From an uncultured Chloroflexia bacterium (GTDB lineage Bacteria; Chloroflexota; Limnocylindria; Limnocylindrales; CSP1-4): 64,000 nucleotides of DNA. How positions within the stretch are numbered: position 1 is the first letter of the stretch; the number at the start of each line of letters is the position of its first letter. The stretch lies in contig CAVPYV010000001.1 of the NCBI GenBank assembly GCA_963710105.1, positions 178,370-242,369 on the forward strand, in the 5' to 3' direction. The translations under genes and the position numbers were made by a program. Below, one piece after another: positions 22,519-34,218 of the stretch. The notes beneath the pieces were generated by a model. The model searched no databases. It was given only the letters and a program-made list of their open reading frames with translations, and was not told where the DNA came from.

Positions 22519-23526
22519 GTGACGGCCGGGCTGTTCGAGCTCCGCAAGGACGCGATCACCGGCTGGTGGGTCGCGACGATCGTCGACCGCGCCTTCCACC
22601 GCGACCGGTTCGCCCGGCCGGCAGACCCGGTCGACGACGGCGGCGACTGCCAGAACTGCCGCCTGCCCCCGGGCGACGGAGTCCGGCTGCGGACCCTCAA
22701 GGACTACGCGTTCCACGTCGTCGGGACCGATGCCCAGGCCCGCGAGCGCGACGGCAGCGTCGCCCAGGTCTCGCTCCAGGACGTCCGCGCCAGCGGCAGC
22801 TGGCGGACGATCGTCGCGCCGCCCGGCGAGCACCGCGCCCTCCACGCCGTCGGGAGCGAGATCATCGTCTCGCTCCTGTCCGGCTGCCGGACCGCCCTCG
22901 CGGACGGCCGCCGGACCGCCCTGACCGACCATCTCCAGGTCGTCCAGAACTGGGGCGCGCAGGCCGGCGCTCGGACGAACCACCTCTGCCTCGACCTGTA
23001 CGACCTGCCCCAGATCCCGCACCGGATCGCCGAGGAGCTCGGCGGGGCCGCCCGTTTCGTCATCCGCGAGGGCGAGTGCCCGTGGTGCCGCCTCGTCCGG
23101 GACGAGTCGAACCGTCCGGACCGGCTCGTCTGGCAGGACAACGACACCGTCGCGTTCGCTCCGTTCGCCTCGCGCTCGCCGTTCGAGGTGTGGGTCGTGC
23201 CGCGCCGCCACGAGGCGGACTTCGGGCGGGCGACGGACGCCGACGTCGCCGCCACCGGCGAGGCGCTCCGCCAGGTCCTCGGCTCCCTCTCCGCGACTCT
23301 CGACGGCCCGCCCTACAACCTCGTCCTGCACACCGCGCCGCTGCGCGAGCAGGTCGACGCGACGTATCACTGGCACTGGGAGATCCACCCCCGTCTCCGC
23401 GAGATCGCCGGCCTCGAGCTCGGGACCGGTCTCCCCGTCAATCCGGTCTCGCCGGAGGACGCGGTCGAGGAGCTCCTCACCCGGACCCGACGGCTCGGGC
23501 CGGACCGGGCGGAGGCGTCGGGCTGA
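22519..23526 (+). CDS. GalT-like (HIT superfamily) protein with altered catalytic motif
   Basis: ELRKDAITGWWV, CxxC twice, PFASRSPFEVW, YNLVLH, HWHWEIHPRL. Confidence 0.8.
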   Translation: MTAGLFELRKDAITGWWVATIVDRAFHRDRFARPADPVDDGGDCQNCRLPPGDGVRLRTLKDYAFHVVGTDAQARERDGSVAQVSLQDVRASGSWRTIVAPPGEHRALHAVGSEIIVSLLSGCRTALADGRRTALTDHLQVVQNWGAQAGARTNHLCLDLYDLPQIPHRIAEELGGAARFVIREGECPWCRLVRDESNRPDRLVWQDNDTVAFAPFASRSPFEVWVVPRRHEADFGRATDADVAATGEALRQVLGSLSATLDGPPYNLVLHTAPLREQVDATYHWHWEIHPRLREIAGLELGTGLPVNPVSPEDAVEELLTRTRRLGPDRAEASG

Positions 23527-23647
23527 TGTCGCCCACGCCGCTGGGAGGACGGCGTCACACATCCGCGGAGCGCGTCGTCTCTGGGCCACGGAGCGCGCGA
23601 CGATCGCTGCCCGCCCCGATCCCGTCAGGACAAGGCTCGGAGGTTGC

Positions 23648-24304
23648 ATGGTCGGCGCGCTCGACAACCGGATCGGCATCAGCCGGGGGTTCGGTGGGGG
23701 CGCGGCCGTGAGCGGCGTGTGGGAACAGGACGCCGCGGCGACCTTCGTCGAGGATCTCTTCGCGGCGCACCACGGCGAGATCTACGCCTACCTGATCCGG
23801 ATGCTCCGCGACCCGGAGCTCGCCGCCGACCTGACCCAGGACGCCTTCGTCAAGGCGTACCGCAACTACAACGTCCTCGAGAAGCCGGAGAACGCGCGGG
23901 CCTGGCTGTACCAGATCGCCCACCGGGTCGCGCTCGACCACATCCGCCGCCAGAAGATCATCCGCTTCCTGCCGTGGACCGGCGAGAGCCACGGCTCGGC
24001 GCCGTCCACCGAGCGTCTCGTGATGGACGCCCACCTCTCCGGCGACCTCCAGCGCGCCCTCGCCCGGATCCCCGAGCGCCAGCGCGCGGCCCTGCTCCTC
24101 GCCGAGCTCCATGACCTGACCGGGCTCGAGCTGGCCGCGGCGCTCGGCGTCAGCCATGTCGCCGCCCGCGCCCTCCTGACCCGCGCCCGCGAAAGCCTCC
24201 GCCAGGCCCTCGCCGTCGAGCGCAAGGCCGACGCCGACGCCGAGGCGAAGGCGGACGCCGCGGCCGCCGCCGGCAGCGATCGCCACGCGGGGCCGAGCCG
24301 ATGA
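23648..24304 (+). CDS. ECF RNA polymerase sigma factor
   Basis: AADLTQDAFVKAY, WLYQIAHR, region 4 HTH; GGAGG RBS. Confidence 0.92.
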   Translation: MVGALDNRIGISRGFGGGAAVSGVWEQDAAATFVEDLFAAHHGEIYAYLIRMLRDPELAADLTQDAFVKAYRNYNVLEKPENARAWLYQIAHRVALDHIRRQKIIRFLPWTGESHGSAPSTERLVMDAHLSGDLQRALARIPERQRAALLLAELHDLTGLELAAALGVSHVAARALLTRARESLRQALAVERKADADAEAKADAAAAAGSDRHAGPSR

Positions 24305-26178
24305 ACCTCGGCCGCGGCCGCGCCCGCCGACCCGACGACTGGCCGTCGAGCCACGTCCGGGCTCGGTCCGCCCTGTCCGATCGCCTCGACGCCCCGCTCG
24401 ACCCGGCCGAGGCGACCTGGCTCGACGCCCACCTCGAGGCCTGTGCCGACTGTCGCGCGATCGCCGCCGGCTATGCCGCCCAGCAGCTCGAGCTGCGGGC
24501 CCTCCGGGACCGGATGCCGACGCCGCCGCGCGACCTGTGGGCGCGGACGGCCGCGGCGATCGAATCCGAGGCCCGGTTTCGCGACAGCCGAGCCCGGACG
24601 AGCCCATTCCGCAACCCTCGCCGCCTCGCCCCCACCGCTCTTCTCGCCGCGGCCCTCGTCGTCGCCGTCGCCGTCGGAACGCTGTACTCCTCCCAGCGTC
24701 CCGGCGGCGGCGGCGCGGCGGGGCCGTCGGACATCACGGCCCTCGCCTCGATTGCGGCCTCGACCACCCCGAGTGACGCCCTCGCCGGCCCGACCCCGAT
24801 CCCGGTCGCCCGCAACATCGCCTACGTCGCGCGCGAGTCCGGCGGCTCGTTCACGATCAAGGTCCGCAACGTGAACCAGGTCTGCCCGCCCGATTCGGCG
24901 CAGCCCTGCGACACAAGCGGGACGGTTGAGGACCGACCCGTCAACCTCGACCAGGACGCGGCGACGGTCTTCGGCGCGCCGGATGCGGCCCGCCTGATCG
25001 TCGTCAACGACCCGGCGTCGACGAACAGCGGGACGATCTCGGTCGTGCCGCTCTCGAGCGAGGTGCCGATCCCGACGTCAAGTCCGTCCGCCACGCCGGC
25101 CGCGACCCCGAGTGTCGCGCCACCGAGCCGTTCACCGGCGGTCGCGTCCGCCACGCCGACCCTCCGCGCCACGCCGACCCCGACGCCGCGACCGAGCCGC
25201 TCGCCGGCAACGCCGAGCCCGACGCCGACCGAGACGGCGTCCGCCACGCCGACCGAGACCGCGAGCGCATCGCCGTCGCCGTCGGTCTCGATCACGCCCG
25301 CTCCCGACGGTGGCTCGATCGAGATCGCCCACGATGTCGTCCTCGTTGGCCAGTCCGCCGCGTATTCACCCAGCGGCCGCTGGTTCGCCTTCACCGCCCG
25401 TCCCTCCGACGGGTCCGTCGGCCCCGACATCTACGTCTGGAAGGTCGGCGACGGCCAGGCGAACCCGGTCACGACCGACCACCGCTCGGTGTTCGGGTCG
25501 TGGACGGACGAGATGATGGTCGGGAGCACGGTCGTCGACGTCCAGAAGGGAAACGGCAACTCCCCGACGATCGATCTCTCGCCGACGTCGTTCCTCCTCG
25601 ACCCCGAGACGTCGACCACGACCGGGCTTCCGCAGACCGGCCGGGCGTGGCGGCCGGCGGTCGATCCGACCGGCCGACTGGCCGTCTACTGGGCCGGCAC
25701 CCTGCGGGCGACAGACGGCCCCGGCTTCGCGCCAGATCGCGGCCGCCTCGTCCTCGGCGATTGGGGAACCGGCGCGAGCGCACCGTCGGGCGGCCCTCTC
25801 CCCACCCCGCTCACCGACGATCAGGGAGACGCCCGCCATGAGACCACGATCGCCGCGGGACGGATGGACGACTGGGACGCGCGCTGGGACGCCACGGGCA
25901 CGCACCTCGCGGTCTGGATCGCCGACCAGAAGAACCCGGCGATCGGGCGGCTGAGCCTGTACTCGGTCGACTCGTTCGACGGGAAGATCGACCTGAAGAC
26001 GCCCCTCCTCGACGCCAGGCTCGCCAGCGCCGGCTTCTCGATCTCGGATGGGCAGCTGGTGTGGGCCGAGGCGACCCCGGACGGCGGCGCGAGCGGCAAG
26101 ATCCAGCTCCTCGCCTGGACCGACGAGGGCGTCGGCACGGTCGAGACGATCACCGGCCCCGTCATCGTCATCCGCTGA
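24301..26178 (+). CDS. Zinc-finger anti-sigma factor with TM helix, P/S/T linker and TolB-like C-terminus
   Basis: HLEACADC (HxxxCxxC), TM helix, AYSPSGRWFAF and DPTGRLAVY propeller-type motifs; ATGA overlap with the sigma gene. Confidence 0.85.
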   Translation: MNLGRGRARRPDDWPSSHVRARSALSDRLDAPLDPAEATWLDAHLEACADCRAIAAGYAAQQLELRALRDRMPTPPRDLWARTAAAIESEARFRDSRARTSPFRNPRRLAPTALLAAALVVAVAVGTLYSSQRPGGGGAAGPSDITALASIAASTTPSDALAGPTPIPVARNIAYVARESGGSFTIKVRNVNQVCPPDSAQPCDTSGTVEDRPVNLDQDAATVFGAPDAARLIVVNDPASTNSGTISVVPLSSEVPIPTSSPSATPAATPSVAPPSRSPAVASATPTLRATPTPTPRPSRSPATPSPTPTETASATPTETASASPSPSVSITPAPDGGSIEIAHDVVLVGQSAAYSPSGRWFAFTARPSDGSVGPDIYVWKVGDGQANPVTTDHRSVFGSWTDEMMVGSTVVDVQKGNGNSPTIDLSPTSFLLDPETSTTTGLPQTGRAWRPAVDPTGRLAVYWAGTLRATDGPGFAPDRGRLVLGDWGTGASAPSGGPLPTPLTDDQGDARHETTIAAGRMDDWDARWDATGTHLAVWIADQKNPAIGRLSLYSVDSFDGKIDLKTPLLDARLASAGFSISDGQLVWAEATPDGGASGKIQLLAWTDEGVGTVETITGPVIVIR

Positions 26179-26408
26179 CCCGAGGCCCCCGGCGGCATCC
26201 GCTGACCCGAGGCCCCCGGCGGCGCGCGCCGGCGGCAACGCCGCGATCGGCCGCGAAGGCGCGACAGCCCCCCGACTGCGTTCGTCGCGGATGCGTGGTC
26301 GAGCGCAAGGCGCCGACGAGCACCGGAGCGAGCGGGCGCCAACGCCCGTGAGCGAGGAGCGCAGGAGGCAACGCCGCGATCGGCCGCGAAGGCGCGACAG
26401 GCCCCCGA
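26169..26408. repeat. 27-bp tandem duplication plus ~40-bp direct repeat pair
   Basis: catccgctgacccgaggcccccggcgg twice (26169-26222); ggcaacgccgcgatcggccgcgaaggcgcgacag at 26234-26267 and 26367-26400. Confidence 0.9.
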
Positions 26409-26420
26409 TTGGCGGTATAG

Positions 26421-28746
<2,326 letters not shown>

Positions 28747-28750
<4 letters not shown>

Positions 28751-30165
28751 CCGTCGTCGCGGGTTCGCCGGTCGGGGCGGTCGTCGCCGACCTCGAGATC
28801 TCGCGGGCGTGGCTGGTCGATCCTGCGAGCGGCCGCGAGGGCCCGGGCGAGATCGTCGTGACGGACGGGGTCCTCGAGGCGCTGACGTGGCTGGAGGGAT
28901 CGGAGGCGGACGGCATCGACGACCACGGGGTCGTCGTCGCGCCCGGCTTCGTCGACCTCCACGCCCACCTCCGCGAGCCCGGGAACGAGGATGCCGAGAC
29001 GGTCGCGAGCGGGCTGGCGGCGGCGGCCCACGGCGGGTTCACGACGGTCTGCCTGATGCCGGACACGACGCCCGCCCTCGACGACCCGGCCGTCCTCGCC
29101 CGGATCCGGGCCGCGGCGGACGCCTCGGGCTCGCCCGTCCGGGCCCTGGCCTGGGGGGCGGTCACCGCGGGCCGCGCCGGCGAGACGCTGGCGGCGCTCG
29201 GGGAGCTCGCGGACGCCGGGGTGGCGGGGTTCACGGACGACGGGTCGAGCCTGCGCAGCGCGACGCTCCTCCGCCACGCCCTCGCCTACGCCGGTGCCCT
29301 CGGGCTGCCGGTCGTCGATCACGCCGAGGACGTCACCCAGACGGCGGGCGCCGAGGCGAACGACGGGTTCGTCGCCACGGTCCTCGGGCTCCGTGGCTGG
29401 CCGGCCGCGGCCGAGGAGACCGCCGTCGCGCGCGATCTCGCGATCCTCGCCGAGGTCGTGCGGGACGTGCCTGCCACGCGGCTCCACCTGACCCACCTCT
29501 CGACGGCCGGCGCGCTCGAGCTCGTCCGGCGGGCGAAGGCCGCAGGGCTGCCGGTCAGCTGCGACGTGACGCCGCATCATCTCGCCCTCACCGACGAGTG
29601 GCTCGCCGGCGCCCGCCGCTGGGCCTGGGACGCGACCGGCGACCCGTGGGGCGACGGGACGGGCGCGATCGTCGCCGCGCCGTACGCGTCCTCGCTCCGG
29701 GTCGATCCGCCGCTGCGCTCCGCCGCGGACGCGGCCGCGTGCCGGGAGGCGCTGCTCGACGGGACGGTCGACGCGATCGCCACCGACCACGCGCCGCAGG
29801 CCAGCGTCGACAAGGACGTCGAGTTCGGCCTGGCCGCGCCCGGGATCAGCGGGCTCGAGACGGCACTCGGCGTTGTGCTCGCCGCCGTCGACGCCGGGCT
29901 GCTGCCGCTCGCCCGCGCGCTGTCTCTGCTCACGACCGGTCCCGCCCGCGTTCTGGGCGCGGCCGGGGATCGGGGGGCGGGTCCGGGTCTGATCGAGGGG
30001 GCGCCGGCCGACCTGGTTGTGTTCGACCACTCGGCGACCTGGACCGTCGAACCCGATGCGCTCCGATCGCGCGGCAAGAGCACGCCACTGACCGGCCGCG
30101 AGCTGCCCGGCCGGGTGCTGTTCACCCTGGCCGGCGGTCGCCTCGCCTACGAAGCCGCGGACTGA
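28747..30165 (+). CDS. pyrC: Dihydroorotase
   Basis: DLHAHLREPG, HAED, VTPHHL, PPLR, ATDHAP; follows pyrB. Confidence 0.9.
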
Positions 30166-30168
30166 CCG

Positions 30169-33100
30169 TCAGCCGCCGCTGAGCACGTCGTCGGTGTGGA
30201 CGAGGCCGACGTCGATCGGATGGTCGAAGGTCAGGATGATCGTGTGGCGCTCGGCGGGGCCCGGCCGGCAGGTCGCGTCCGGACCGAATGACAGGCCGAT
30301 CCAGGCCGTGCTCGTGTAGGTCAGCCGAAGCGGCTCGTCGCACACCCCGATCTCGAACCGGTAGGCGAGCTCCTCCGGGCGGTCGGTGGCGGCGACCTCG
30401 CGCAGCGGCCCATCCGCCGGCCCGATCCGGCGCCAGCCGCCGATCGTGGTCCCTGTGTCGACCCGAGCCGACACGATCGCGGCGCTCTGATCGGCGATCT
30501 CCAACAGGCTGACGGGCGAGGCGCCGACGGCCGGCAGGGAAAGATCGATCGTCGTCTTCAGCGCCACGCAGCAGCTTGGCCGATCCCAGACCCGGTCGCT
30601 GCCATCCGCGGTGAAGGCTGTCGTGACGACGCCGCGGGCCACGCCCGCGTCCGTCAGGTCGACGAGCCGGCGGATGACCCAGACGGCGGGCGAGCGGACG
30701 AGCTCGGTGTCCGCGTCGGCGATGTCCGGATCCATGATCGCCAGGTCCGCCCCCCGCAGGACCGTCAGCCAGGTCGCACGTGCCGGCCCCAGCTCGGCCT
30801 CGACACGGGCCAGCACGGCTTCGGGCGCCTCGGAAGCCGGTGTCAGGCGCACGGCGATGGCCTGCACCGGCGCTGGGGATGCGGAGCCCGCGCCGGCCTG
30901 CCAGACGAGGGCGTCGACGACGAATACCGCGTTCGCCGCGTATGTCCGGACTCGCGGGTCGGAGAAGTGCCCGAGGACGACGACAGGCCACGGCTCCGGC
31001 GTGCCGTCGGCCCAGGTGTCGGGCGTTGCGAAGGGCACGTCGACCGGGATGATCGGGTTGAGGTAGAAGCCTGTCGGCTGGCGGTCGAGATCGACCTTCT
31101 GCGGGTCGGCCCACAGCTGCTCCGGCCGATCCAGGAGCCAGTGGCGGCCCTGGCTGCACGGAATGCCGATGGGGCGCACGGGGTCGCGAAGCCCCGGACA
31201 CGCCGCGGCCGGGTCCGGCGGGACGTACCAGCCGCGGACGGCGACCTCGGCAGCGTCGTGCTGGGGGTGCAGCTGGAGGGTCGTGGGGACCGTCGCCACG
31301 GCCAGCCCGAGCACGGACGTCGGAGCGCCCTCGAAGGCATCCACACCGATCGGCGCCGTCGCTCTTGCAATGAAGAACGCTCGGATCCGGCCGTCGGCAT
31401 TCCAGAGGTTCAGGTAGGCCGCGTCGGTCGCGTCCTCGAACGTGGCCATCGCCGATCCGACCGCTGTTCCGTTCGGGATCGGTGAGATCGCACCGCCGGG
31501 GCAGGTCGTGTTCGTGAACAGCATTCCCGGGGTGGGGCAGAACATGCCACCGTGGAGGGCGATCCCGACGACCCGATCGGGTTGGCCGGCGAGCGCGACG
31601 ATGACGGCATCGGCTGCCGCCTCGCAGTCGCTCGCGGCGAGGCTGCCACAGTCGATCGCCGGTAGCACCCGCTGCTCGCCGGCGACCTCAGTGACGTCCG
31701 TCGACCCGTCGACGACGAGGAACGTGTGGGCGGTCGATCGGCCGTCGGTCCGGACGGCCGTGGTCACCAGCCAGAGCAGGCGTTGGCCCGTGAGCGCCGG
31801 ATCGCCGCTCAGGCCGGGCTCGACGTCGGCCAGGCGCTCGCCGGTCACGAGCTGGCGCGACAGGACGGTCTCGTCCGGCGCCACGGCCGCGACGAGCGCA
31901 TCGACCTGGGCCTCGGTCGTGGTCGGCGCGACGGTGACCATCAGCCGCGTCGTCTCGTCGAAGCGGTCGTTGTCGAGACGGGTCGCGACCGGGCGGGCGG
32001 CGTCGCCCACGAACGCGACGCGGTCGACGACGAACGTGTCCGTGCAGGGGGTTTCGGGCGTCTCGCCGGCGGGACAGGCGGCGGCGCGGCGATCGTCGAA
32101 GTGGCCGACGAGGACCACCGACACGGGGCCCGCCTGCCCGTCGCCGCGGGGCGGAAGCGGCTGGCCGACGAGAGCGAAGGACGGGTGGAACGCCGGTCCG
32201 CTGGGCGGGCCACCTGCCGTCGAGTCGCCCGTCGTGGTCCACAGGATCTCGGCCCGCTCCATCAGCCACTGGAAGGACTCCGGGCAGCGGATGGCGGTCG
32301 GGTTCCGGTCCCCGGGCTCGAACGGACAGAAGACGCCGGGGACGTCCGACAGGAAGCCGGCGACCACGATCTCCCGGTCGTCGACCCCGCTGTCGCGCAC
32401 GGCGAGCGCCTGGCTGACGGTGAGCGGGTCGCCGACGACCGCGCCGAGGTCGGGCGGCAGCGGCCCGGGGGCGGGCTCGCGGACGACCGGTCCGGCGGCG
32501 GTCATCTCGACGACGATCCCGCGCCCGTCCGCCGCGAGGAACGTCCGGACCGAGCGCGGCGCGCCGCTCCCGTCCGGGGCCGGGAGCGCCTGGATCAGGC
32601 GGATCACCGGGCCGTCGAGCGCGTCGGGGATGTCGGCCGGATCGATGAAGCTCGGCTCGAGCGCCGGCAGGTCGCCCGGCGTCGTCCGGCTCGAGGTCAC
32701 GACGATCAGCCCCGGAACCGCCTGACGGACGGCCTGCTCCGCCTCCTCGCGACCCGGATCGAGGACCGGCGCGATCCCGACCGCGACGCCGTCGACCTCG
32801 ACGACCCGGTCGACGAGGAACGACGTCCTGCAGGCGGCCTCCGAGCCGTTCGGGCAGGACGCGGCCCGCCGGTCCTCGAAGTGGCCGACCACGGTGACGG
32901 CCGTCGGGACCGCGTCGCCGACGAGCGGCACCTCACGGGTGCGCGGGAGGAACGTGAGATCGAAGACCGGGTGGAACGCCGGGCCCCGCGGGACGTGGAC
33001 CGTCACGTCGTTCAGCGTCCGGGTCACGACCGACTCCGGGTCCGCCATGAGCAGCGGCCAGCAGCGCGGGGCGAGGAGGTGCGAGCCGGCGTCGAAGGCC

Positions 33101-33540
33101 AGGTCGCAGTCGCTCCCGACGGGCCGGCCGTCGGTGACCGGCCCCGGGTCGTTCGAGAGGTAGCCCGAGACGAGCATCTCCCGATCGTCGGGCGTTGCGC
33201 TGTGGATGGCGACGGCATCCGCGACCCCCAGCGGGACCAGGCCGAGCTCGCGCGCCACGTCACCGATCGCCCCGCTCGCGGATGGGCTCGCGCTCGCGGC
33301 GGTCGAGGGACGGTTCACGAGGAGCGCCGTCGCGATCCCCCCGACCCCGACGACGGCGACGATCGCGGCCGCGGCGGCGAGGAGCGCCCAGGGCCGGGTC
33401 GCCGGCCGGCCGCGCTCGGCGGCGACCCGCTCGAGGACCGCGGCGGCGAGGTCCGGGGGGACGGGCGGCGTGGCGGCCGCTCTCGCGGCGAACGCGGCGG
33501 CGACCCGCTCGTCGCCCCAGCCGCCGACGCGGTCGGTCAT
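30169..33540 (-). CDS. Large membrane-anchored putative anti-sigma/sensor protein with three internal repeats
   Basis: Short cytoplasmic N-terminus, TM helix, about 1050 aa Cys-containing ectodomain; ATGA overlap with the ECF sigma gene. Confidence 0.75.
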   Translation of the reverse strand: MTDRVGGWGDERVAAAFAARAAATPPVPPDLAAAVLERVAAERGRPATRPWALLAAAAAIVAVVGVGGIATALLVNRPSTAASASPSASGAIGDVARELGLVPLGVADAVAIHSATPDDREMLVSGYLSNDPGPVTDGRPVGSDCDLAFDAGSHLLAPRCWPLLMADPESVVTRTLNDVTVHVPRGPAFHPVFDLTFLPRTREVPLVGDAVPTAVTVVGHFEDRRAASCPNGSEAACRTSFLVDRVVEVDGVAVGIAPVLDPGREEAEQAVRQAVPGLIVVTSSRTTPGDLPALEPSFIDPADIPDALDGPVIRLIQALPAPDGSGAPRSVRTFLAADGRGIVVEMTAAGPVVREPAPGPLPPDLGAVVGDPLTVSQALAVRDSGVDDREIVVAGFLSDVPGVFCPFEPGDRNPTAIRCPESFQWLMERAEILWTTTGDSTAGGPPSGPAFHPSFALVGQPLPPRGDGQAGPVSVVLVGHFDDRRAAACPAGETPETPCTDTFVVDRVAFVGDAARPVATRLDNDRFDETTRLMVTVAPTTTEAQVDALVAAVAPDETVLSRQLVTGERLADVEPGLSGDPALTGQRLLWLVTTAVRTDGRSTAHTFLVVDGSTDVTEVAGEQRVLPAIDCGSLAASDCEAAADAVIVALAGQPDRVVGIALHGGMFCPTPGMLFTNTTCPGGAISPIPNGTAVGSAMATFEDATDAAYLNLWNADGRIRAFFIARATAPIGVDAFEGAPTSVLGLAVATVPTTLQLHPQHDAAEVAVRGWYVPPDPAAACPGLRDPVRPIGIPCSQGRHWLLDRPEQLWADPQKVDLDRQPTGFYLNPIIPVDVPFATPDTWADGTPEPWPVVVLGHFSDPRVRTYAANAVFVVDALVWQAGAGSASPAPVQAIAVRLTPASEAPEAVLARVEAELGPARATWLTVLRGADLAIMDPDIADADTELVRSPAVWVIRRLVDLTDAGVARGVVTTAFTADGSDRVWDRPSCCVALKTTIDLSLPAVGASPVSLLEIADQSAAIVSARVDTGTTIGGWRRIGPADGPLREVAATDRPEELAYRFEIGVCDEPLRLTYTSTAWIGLSFGPDATCRPGPAERHTIILTFDHPIDVGLVHTDDVLSGG

Positions 33541-34115
33541 CGGCCGCGCTCCTCGTCGGCCCGGATCGCGGCCGCCAGGGCCTGCCGGGCGGCGAACAGC
33601 CGCGACTTCGCCGTGCCCTCGGGGACGTCGAGGATCAGGGCCAGCTCGGCGATCGGCCGCCCCTCGAGGTGGTGGAGGACGAGGATCGCCCGCTGCTCGA
33701 CGGGCAGCGTGGCGAGCGCCGCGTCGAGGACGGCCGCGTCGTCCGCCGGGGCTCCGGCGGCGCGCTCGGCGAGGGCGACGACGGTCGAGGAGGGGATCTC
33801 GCGGATCCGCCGCCGGCTCCGGGCGCGCAGCGTCATCCGCGACGCGTTCACCGCGATCCGCTGGAGCCACGCGTCGAGGCTCTCCGGCTCGCGGAGGCGG
33901 GGCAGCTGGCGCCATGCCGCGACGAACGTCTCCTGCGCGGCGTCGCGGGCGTCGGCCTCGTTGCCGAGGATCGCGCTGGTCAGTCGGTACACGGCATCCA
34001 TCCGGGCGCGGACGATCGTCTCGAACGCGTCGAGGTCACCGTTCCGGGCCCGGTCGATCAGCGACCGGTCGATCGCGGGTCCGATGCGCGTGTCCCTCCT
34101 GGCGCGTTCACCCAT
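33537..34115 (-). CDS. ECF RNA polymerase sigma factor (true start may be ATC 34085)
   Basis: RARNGDLDAFE, DARDAAQETF, WLQRIAVN, GTAKSRLFAAR. Confidence 0.92.
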   Translation of the reverse strand: MGERARRDTRIGPAIDRSLIDRARNGDLDAFETIVRARMDAVYRLTSAILGNEADARDAAQETFVAAWRQLPRLREPESLDAWLQRIAVNASRMTLRARSRRRIREIPSSTVVALAERAAGAPADDAAVLDAALATLPVEQRAILVLHHLEGRPIAELALILDVPEGTAKSRLFAARQALAAAIRADEERGR

Positions 34116-34218
34116 TCGATGCCGCTCGAGCGGGTTCGGTTCAACGGGACGCCGCGACCATCATCCGCCGCGCGCAACGCCGCTGCGTCGCGGGTCCGCG
34201 GACGCTAGGCTCGCCCGG

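Noticed and set aside
31726-34218. Long N-terminal extension of the FAD oxidoreductase ORF (1283 aa); similar false extensions affect 8680..11484, 27838..30165, 36270..38327 and 53735..56560
   Set aside because: Stop-free upstream frames overlapping other genes; real starts are supported by RBS, -10 boxes or gene overlaps.
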